From Candidatus Bathyarchaeota archaeon (GTDB lineage: Archaea > Thermoproteota > Bathyarchaeia > TCS64), in assembly GCA_043826455.1 (NCBI GenBank), contig JBDRQD010000005.1, positions 1 to 15,435 of the forward strand: a DNA stretch of 15,435 bases, in the 5' to 3' direction. Shown in pieces: positions 1-4,972 of this stretch. A program made the translations under genes and the position numbers. The stretch's first letter is position 1, and each line of letters starts with the position of its first letter. A model generated the notes under the pieces. That model did no database searches and had not been told where the DNA came from. It worked only from the letters and a program-made list of their open reading frames with translations.

Positions 1-480
1 TTTAATTCTATCTCTTTTTTCAGAATATATAAAATAATCGTCGGTTAATTGATGTAAGAGATCTAAATAAGTTTCAATGTTATTTTGGATATTTTTTATA
101 ATACTTTCTCTTAAATTCCTTTTAATGAATGGTCCACTTAACCAGATTCCATAAGTAAAAATCTCTTTTTTATTAATGCCAAATTGAAATTGAACTCCCT
201 TTCGAGGATCATCAAATTTACTATGTGCTAGTCCGAGCCACATATGATCACGATAACTGCCGTCATCTATTCGTGGACTCCACGGTCGAGCAACATATGG
301 TGATTTATTTTTTGTTTGTAGAACCTGAAATTCTTGTGGAAGAGACGCTAGGAGCTCTGGTACTAATTGATTTTTAAATTTATCAGCAACCAATTTTATA
401 TGGTTCACCGTTTTAGATTTTCGACAGGAATCAAAATCCTGTTGTGTTAGTTTGAATAGAGTGTTTTGTATGCTTACCAT
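1..480 (-). CDS. Partial AT-rich gene (N-terminal 160 aa; runs off the left edge); resembles DUF2461/DUF1054/McrB-N-like DNA-binding domains, possibly restriction/defence-associated
   Basis: Not in the ORF track because it has no stop in the window. Hand translation from ATG (CAT at 478-480) is open for 160 codons: MVSIQNTLFKLTQQDFDSCRK...PYVARPWSPRIDDGSYRDHMWLGLAHSKFDDPRKGVQFQFGINKKEIFTYGIWLSG... An AT-rich TATA-like tract lies at ~494-512. The family call is by resemblance only. Confidence 0.75.
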   Translation of the reverse strand, partial: MVSIQNTLFKLTQQDFDSCRKSKTVNHIKLVADKFKNQLVPELLASLPQEFQVLQTKNKSPYVARPWSPRIDDGSYRDHMWLGLAHSKFDDPRKGVQFQFGINKKEIFTYGIWLSGPFIKRNLRESIIKNIQNNIETYLDLLHQLTDDYFIYSEKRDRIK

Positions 481-668
481 GAAGTATCTTCATTTTTATA
501 TCATAATAAAATTTGCTACGTGCGATTCAATAATATCCTCTTTATACGAACAGATATCAGAGGGTCAAAATGTCTCACCAGGAATAAAAACCGAGGTGCT
601 TTTCAATGCCATACCTAATAATCTAATGAACCCTGCATATTTGAATACTCAGAGATCCATTGGGAGGT

Positions 669-830
669 ATGCACGATAGGAGTCAAAGGGAGATCAGGAT
701 GACGGCTACTCTAGTCAGCAAGGACAGAGGGGCAAGCTGGCAGATCGTCAAGGTTACCGGGTTAGGCGGAACCGAGAGAGTGAGGCCCACAGACTTTGAG
801 GGAATGAAGCTCGTGAGGATGGAGTACTGA
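669..830 (+). CDS. Small hypothetical protein (53 aa) with an Asp-box-like motif
   Basis: ATG 669 to TGA 828-830: MHDRSQREIRMTATLVSKDRGASWQIVKVTGLGGTERVRPTDFEGMKLVRMEY. It is a purine-rich, higher-GC patch in AT-rich surroundings, with GGGAGGT immediately upstream. Below the ORF-track size cut-off. Confidence 0.5.
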   Translation: MHDRSQREIRMTATLVSKDRGASWQIVKVTGLGGTERVRPTDFEGMKLVRMEY

Positions 831-967
831 TACCTAATTATGTTTTTAGAGGGTTATTATTGACTCTGTCCAGGTATGAAAACTCCGCGCGCTTACAAAT
901 GCTTTTGACCAACATCCCAATGCCAATGGTTATTTAGCTCTTTTAGAACAGAGCCATGATACCCTTT

Positions 968-1636
968 TTAATTGATTACTTTACTAAAAACCGTTAATCT
1001 ATCTTTCTCGATCCAAGGATATTCAGTTATTCGGCCACCCACTTTAACCCAAATCCTATCATCATCTGCATCATACATTTCGCAAAAAGCGGTACCATGA
1101 ACCATTTTCGATGTCTGAGCAGGAGCATTGCCAAGACCGACAAGGAATCCACGTTGATCGCCTCTTCTCCAGGAAAGTTCAAGATCAATTACGCTTTCAT
1201 ATTCGCCATTCGTTACCAGCTTCACATATACCTCCATGATCACCCCGTACCCTACATCAATCTCAACAGTCGTTTCATCTAAACCATAATTTCCAGCATC
1301 CAACGTGAATTGCACTTCTCTGCTGAAATTTGATAGACTATAAACACCTGATTTGTTCAGTAACAACGCATATGAAAGTTTAAACTCTTCAAATTCCGTT
1401 GATAACTCTTCATATTGGTTTTCCATCTCACCTATAATCTGTTTGTACTAGTATTCAGTAAGATAAACCCGACGCACAATCTCATCTTCATATACCTGTC
1501 TCTCCAGTTCAAATGAAGCAACTTCAGACTCGAGTACACTTACTTGGTCCTTGAGATCGGATATATTGGATGAATTGAGGTAATTACTCGCAAGAACACC
1601 TGAAAGCCCACCGACGAGAAGACCTAAACTTATCAA
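968..1636 (-). pseudogene. Membrane-anchored coiled-coil/extracellular beta-domain protein interrupted by an in-frame TAG (1448-1450)
   Basis: Track ORFs 1448..1636 and 968..1426 are in the same frame, separated by TAG plus 7 sense codons (...LTEY*YKQIIGEMENQYEEL...). An N-terminal hydrophobic helix (LISLGLLVGGLSGVLA) is followed by a heptad pattern that continues across the stop. Confidence 0.6.
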
Positions 1637-1980
1637 AAGTACAGTCTTTTTAACAGGTAATACTAAATGAATTTCTCATAATATAAAATGCGTACACTGC
1701 ATAGTATCCAGGTTTCAGAGCTAGATCCCACGGAGCGGGAATTGAACATTAATTTAATATTCGGTATTACTGAAAATTTCGGTTTTAACCCAAAATTAAA
1801 CATTGTCATAAATACGATACATTGATTCCTTCAGCGGAAAAGTCAGAACATGAACGCCAATAAAATACATAAACACACATAATCCGGATCTTCACGCAAG
1901 CTTCAAAGGGTAACCTAAAGGAACCCCAGGTGAAAACTAGGGGAAACGCGCCTATTAACTCGGAAACCCACAAAACACAC

Positions 1981-2127
1981 GTGAAGACCAGGACCAGGCT
2001 CAGCGTCAGCCTCAGCGACCAACTCATCCAAGAGATCGACCAACGCAGAGGCCTGGCCAAACGATCCACCTACGTGGAGCACCTTATAAGAAGAGGCCTA
2101 GAAACCAGCACAGACAAGAAGCAGTGA
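1981..2127 (+). CDS. Ribbon-helix-helix (CopG/Arc/MetJ-like) DNA-binding protein, 48 aa
   Basis: MKTRTRLSVSLSDQLIQEIDQRRGLAKRSTYVEHLIRRGL has the beta-strand (RLSVSL), helix, RS-capped helix pattern of RHH proteins. A TATA-like CTATTAAC at 1952-1959, ~25 nt upstream of GTG 1981, favours this leaderless start over 1930. Confidence 0.8.
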   Translation: MKTRTRLSVSLSDQLIQEIDQRRGLAKRSTYVEHLIRRGLETSTDKKQ

Positions 2128-2150
2128 AACTAACCTGCGTGAATACTTAT

Positions 2151-2187
2151 TAGTACCCCCACCCCTACTAAGTAGGGGTACCCCTAC
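2151..2187. repeat. 37-bp palindromic direct repeat, left copy (abuts the ATPase ATG)
   Basis: TAGTACCCCCACCCCTACTAAGTAGGGGTACCCCTAC is followed directly by ATG at 2188. It contains the ACCCCTAC-TAA-GTAGGGGT inverted repeat and the perfect 16-bp palindrome GTAGGGGTACCCCTAC. Confidence 0.97.
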
Positions 2188-3282
2188 ATGTACTTTGATC
2201 CGCTGCCTAAGAAAAACCTGAAAGACCTCTTTAACCGCAAAGAAGAACTAGACAAGTTCTCCAAGGCACTAAGCTACTCGTCTCTAATAGTGATAATTGG
2301 GCTGCGAAGGACAGGTAAAACCTCTTTCATGAATGTAGCGTTATCAGAGTCAGACCAACCATACATCACGCTTGATCTAAGAAGCCTATCCTTCAACCCG
2401 TCACAAGCAGACATAATAAAAAAAACCGAGTCAGCCTTCAACAACCTTAACAAGAGATGGCTGTCAAACATCATAGATGCGTTGAGGCAGGTTAAAGGAG
2501 TAAGCATTCTCGGTAACTCCGTTTCTCTTGACTGGAGCAATAAAGGAATAGATCTCCCCGATCTATTCGACAACGTAAACAGGTGGTCTGAAGAAAACAA
2601 CAAGAGATTCCTTCTGGCGTTTGACGAGATCCAGGTCATTCGCGGCGAAAAAAGCATACCACGGTTATTCGCTCACGTCATAGACTACAATCAAAACATC
2701 TGCCTAGTCGTAACAGGGTCCGAGATGGGACTGCTGTTTGATTTCCTGGGATTCGATGACCCTGATTCCCCTCTGTACGGCAGACATTACACAGAGATCA
2801 GGATGCACAATTTCGACGCCGAAGAGTCGATGGAGTATCTTCGAGTAGGGTTCAAGCAACTGGGGCTCTCTCCAAATGAAAACGTGTTAAAGTACGCTGT
2901 CGATAATTTAGACGGGAACGTGGGGTGGCTTACACTCTTCGGTACACGGTGTAGAGACGAAAACGACGCAAGCACAGGGATCGTAGATAGCGTCGTGATG
3001 GAGGGAGGAAAACTCTCAAGGAATGAGGCACTCAAGCTGGTGAATTATTCTCCTAGATACGCAGTGGTTATGAATCACCTTGCGAGAGTCGGAAGAGCAA
3101 GCTGGAGCCAAGTAAAATCCATACTAGAGGCGCATGAGAGCCGAAGCTTACCGAACTCAACCGTCTCCGATATATTAAACAAACTTGTGAAAACCAGTCT
3201 CGTTGAAAAAAACGAAGAATACGGTATACCGGACCCTCTGATGGTTAGTGGAATTCTAGAAAACCCTCTACCGGAGAACTAG
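2188..3282 (+). CDS. Archaeal AAA+/STAND-like ATPase (COG1672/ATPase_2 type) with C-terminal winged-helix domain
   Basis: Shows MYFDPLPK..DLFNRKEEL at the start, Walker A GLRRTGKT, Walker B LLAFDEIQ, VVTGSE, SPLYGR and GNVGWL. The C-terminus is wHTH-like (SWSQVK...STVSDILNKLVKTSLVEK...YGIPDPL). No PD-(D/E)XK nuclease tail is seen. Confidence 0.9.
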   Translation: MYFDPLPKKNLKDLFNRKEELDKFSKALSYSSLIVIIGLRRTGKTSFMNVALSESDQPYITLDLRSLSFNPSQADIIKKTESAFNNLNKRWLSNIIDALRQVKGVSILGNSVSLDWSNKGIDLPDLFDNVNRWSEENNKRFLLAFDEIQVIRGEKSIPRLFAHVIDYNQNICLVVTGSEMGLLFDFLGFDDPDSPLYGRHYTEIRMHNFDAEESMEYLRVGFKQLGLSPNENVLKYAVDNLDGNVGWLTLFGTRCRDENDASTGIVDSVVMEGGKLSRNEALKLVNYSPRYAVVMNHLARVGRASWSQVKSILEAHESRSLPNSTVSDILNKLVKTSLVEKNEEYGIPDPLMVSGILENPLPEN

Positions 3283-3316
3283 TACCCCCACCCCTACCAA
3301 GTAGGGGTACCCCTAC
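3280..3316. repeat. 37-bp palindromic direct repeat, right copy (first 3 nt are the ATPase TAG stop)
   Basis: TAGTACCCCCACCCCTACCAAGTAGGGGTACCCCTAC is 36/37 identical to 2151-2187. The single T>C difference lies in the 3-nt hairpin loop. Confidence 0.97.
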
Positions 3317-3338
3317 TAATTGGCGGCTGTACACGCCC

Positions 3339-3542
3339 CTAACCTTTGCCCCGCCTCCCCGATCCCAGGTCCTTCATCTTAAGGTCCCTCTCCAGAACCA
3401 CATCATAGTAAGCCAGCAATCCATGGGCCACGGCCTCCCTCACACTACACGCCACACCCCTCCTCAGAAGCTCCCTCAACACCCACGCGGGCTCCCCAGT
3501 CAAAACACACTTGACGTACACCCGGGGCTGCTCCTCATCCAA
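3339..3542 (-). CDS. Small RHH-like/antitoxin-like DNA-binding protein, 67 aa
   Basis: From TTG 3542: MDEEQPRVYVKCVLTGEPAWVLRELLRRGVACSVREAVAHGLLAYYD..., a beta-strand, helix, RG..S..EAV helix pattern typical of archaeal RHH (Arc/MetJ) proteins. GGGGGG upstream is a possible SD. The track's N-terminal extension to 3620 looks non-coding. Confidence 0.6.
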   Translation of the reverse strand: MDEEQPRVYVKCVLTGEPAWVLRELLRRGVACSVREAVAHGLLAYYDVVLERDLKMKDLGSGRRGKG

Positions 3543-3743
3543 GCCACAGCCCCCCAACCACAACACATAGAGGGGGCACCCTGGAACACCAGTCAAAACC
3601 GGTCGGCGAAACGGGGTCACCCCGGAAGCCCACGCCCATCACCCCGGAGGAGGCCCACCTCATCAGCTAAACGATGAACAGCGCCACACCTTTAAAGCAA
3701 TATGAAGCTTAGGTAACTACTGAGAGTAGAGAAAGTGTGACAC

Positions 3744-3987
3744 CTAATCACCTGGATACTTGCCCTCGTCTCTCCTACGCTCCCCGCGAAGCTCCCATAC
3801 AAGCCTCTTAGGGTCAAGCCCCCCGACCACGGCCCTGTCCAGCAGCTCCGGGCGCTTTGCCCGGCCCTCTATCAGATACCTTATAGCATCGTTGTAGTCG
3901 ACCCTGCGCCCCAGCCTGAGCTGTAGCTCGGCAGATATCCTCAGGAGACCGTCCCATACATCGTCTTCACTTGTGATGTGTGGTCAT
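3744..3987 (-). pseudogene. Frameshifted VapB-type antitoxin-like gene (orphan)
   Basis: ATG (CAT 3985-3987) reads MTTHHK* in its own frame. After a 1-nt shift it reads ITSEDDVWDGLLRISAELQLRLGRRVDYNDAIRYLIEGRAKRPELLDRAVVGGLDPKRLVWELRGERRRDEGKYPGD* (TAG 3744-3746). The span is 244 nt = 81 codons + 1. The MTTI...ELQ.RLGRRVDYNDAI and ELR.ERRRDE pattern resembles archaeal VapB-type antitoxins. Confidence 0.7.
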
Positions 3988-4037
3988 CGGTAGACTCGAC
4001 CGACAACACCAAAAACACGAGGTACACATCAATACCC

Positions 4038-4505
4038 ATGACCATCCAAGCCACCCTATGCCAGATTATAAACAATGGCAGGCTCCTCCTGCTCAGAAAG
4101 GACCCGGGTCTTTTTGGGGAGGGCAAGTGGAACGGGGCGGGGGGCAAGCTGCTGTCTGGGGAGAGCCCCGAGGAAGGCGTCGTCAGGGAGGTCCGTGAGG
4201 AGACCGGCCTGGAGCTCAGGTCTGTCACCCATCACGGGGTCCTGGACTTTTACTTCGGTGAGAAGCCTGAGTCTGACTGGGTGGTTCACATCTTCAGCAG
4301 CAGTGATTTCAGCGGTGAGCCCAACGAGGTCTCGGAGGAGGGTGTGCTCCGCTGGTTCAGGTTCGAGAACATCCCCTACGACAGGATGTGGCAGGACGAC
4401 GAGCACTGGCTTCCTCTACTCCTGGAAGGCAAGCGGTTCAGGGGCTGGTTTCTCTTCACCGAGGACGGGGGCAAGCTGCTCAGCCACCAGCTGACCGTCC
4501 AGTAA
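4038..4505 (+). CDS. Nudix hydrolase, MTH1/8-oxo-dGTP diphosphatase-like
   Basis: Complete Nudix box GKLLSGESPEEGVVREVREETGL, plus the MTH1-type motifs GEGKWNGAGGK and IPYDRMWQDDEHW. The start is placed at ATG 4038 (MTIQATLC), where the domain begins. Confidence 0.92.
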   Translation: MTIQATLCQIINNGRLLLLRKDPGLFGEGKWNGAGGKLLSGESPEEGVVREVREETGLELRSVTHHGVLDFYFGEKPESDWVVHIFSSSDFSGEPNEVSEEGVLRWFRFENIPYDRMWQDDEHWLPLLLEGKRFRGWFLFTEDGGKLLSHQLTVQ

Positions 4506-4514
4506 ACCCGTTAC

Positions 4515-4539
4515 CCTCACCGCCCCATTCATGGTGAGG
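4515..4539 (+). promoter_or_regulatory. Anti-SD/SD hairpin in the Nudix-DUF6899 intercistronic region
   Basis: CCTCACC (4515-4521) is the exact complement of GGTGAGG (4533-4539), part of the strong SD GGTGAGGTGA before ATG 4547. Confidence 0.5.
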
Positions 4540-4546
4540 TGAAGTC

Positions 4547-4810
4547 ATGCCCTACATATTGAAGGAGGACCGGCCCAGGTACGACGAGACCCTGGACGCG
4601 CTCATAGAGAAGCTCAAGGAGAGGCCCGTGGAGAACGTGGACGGAGACATAAACTACTGTGTCACCCGGATACTGAAGGAGGTTTACCCCCTCCGCTACT
4701 TCCACATCAACCGAGCCATGGGGGTCCTGTCCTGCATCCAGCACGAGTTCTACCGCCGCGTCGCGGCCCCCTACGAGGACACCAAGATAGAGCAGAACGG
4801 GGACGTCTAG
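4547..4810 (+). CDS. Conserved small all-alpha protein, DUF6899-like
   Basis: The MPYI...R...GDINY.VT...Y..IN.AMGVLSC..HEFYRR...PYEDTKIEQNGDV signature matches a small family I recall from phage and prokaryotic nucleotide-metabolism loci (family name from memory). Strong SD and high-GC3 codon usage. Confidence 0.85.
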   Translation: MPYILKEDRPRYDETLDALIEKLKERPVENVDGDINYCVTRILKEVYPLRYFHINRAMGVLSCIQHEFYRRVAAPYEDTKIEQNGDV

Positions 4811-4821
4811 CCCCGTTTTTT
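4796..4821 (+). terminator. Hairpin plus T-tract terminator after the DUF6899-like gene
   Basis: AACGGGG (4796-4802) pairs with CCCCGTT (4811-4817), enclosing the stop codon and running into TTTTTT (4816-4821). Confidence 0.6.
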
Positions 4822-4972
4822 ATTCATCCGACCGAATCATAGGCTTACACGGCCGTGGGTCCGTTGGCGATGTATGGTCCGCCCTAAGACTCAGGGCCCA
4901 TTGACCCACCCATTTATTAACATGATAGCATCAACTTTTCGGTAAGAATCCCGGTTAAGAGTTGAGAGGCTG

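Larger units (their letters stand above)
1..3740. mobile_element. Probable right part of a genomic island or degraded integrated element
   Basis: AT-rich DNA over 1-1900 contrasts with GC-rich genes from ~4040. The region contains RHH regulators, a repeat-flanked ATPase and pseudogenes, and the antitoxin's toxin partner is missing at the boundary. No integrase or transposase is in the window, so the limits are approximate. Confidence 0.4.

Noticed and set aside
452..679. 75-aa plus-strand ORF from the track
   Set aside because: It overlaps the start and promoter of the minus-strand gene and the start of the 669-830 ORF. It has a TTG start and no recognisable motifs.
1726..1747. Minus-strand GTTCAATTCCCGCTCCGTGGGA resembling a tRNA 3' fragment (att site)
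   Set aside because: Only a T-loop-like match is present. The 5' side of the T-stem is missing, the acceptor register is imperfect, and there is no partner copy or integrase in the window. A blastn against the genome's tRNAs would settle it.
2151..3316. The 37-bp repeats as a CRISPR array or IS terminal repeats
   Set aside because: There are only two copies, 1129 bp apart with a whole gene between them, and no cas genes. They are direct rather than inverted, and the enclosed protein has no transposase motif.
3600..3670. GC-rich stretch with CACCCCGGA twice and a GGGGTCACCCC dyad as a tRNA or ncRNA
   Set aside because: There is no cloverleaf or T-loop consensus, and repeats this short are expected in C-skewed sequence.
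3423..3677. 84-aa Pro/His-rich plus-strand ORF
   Set aside because: It is the antisense shadow of the G/T-rich RHH-like gene; the composition reflects strand skew.
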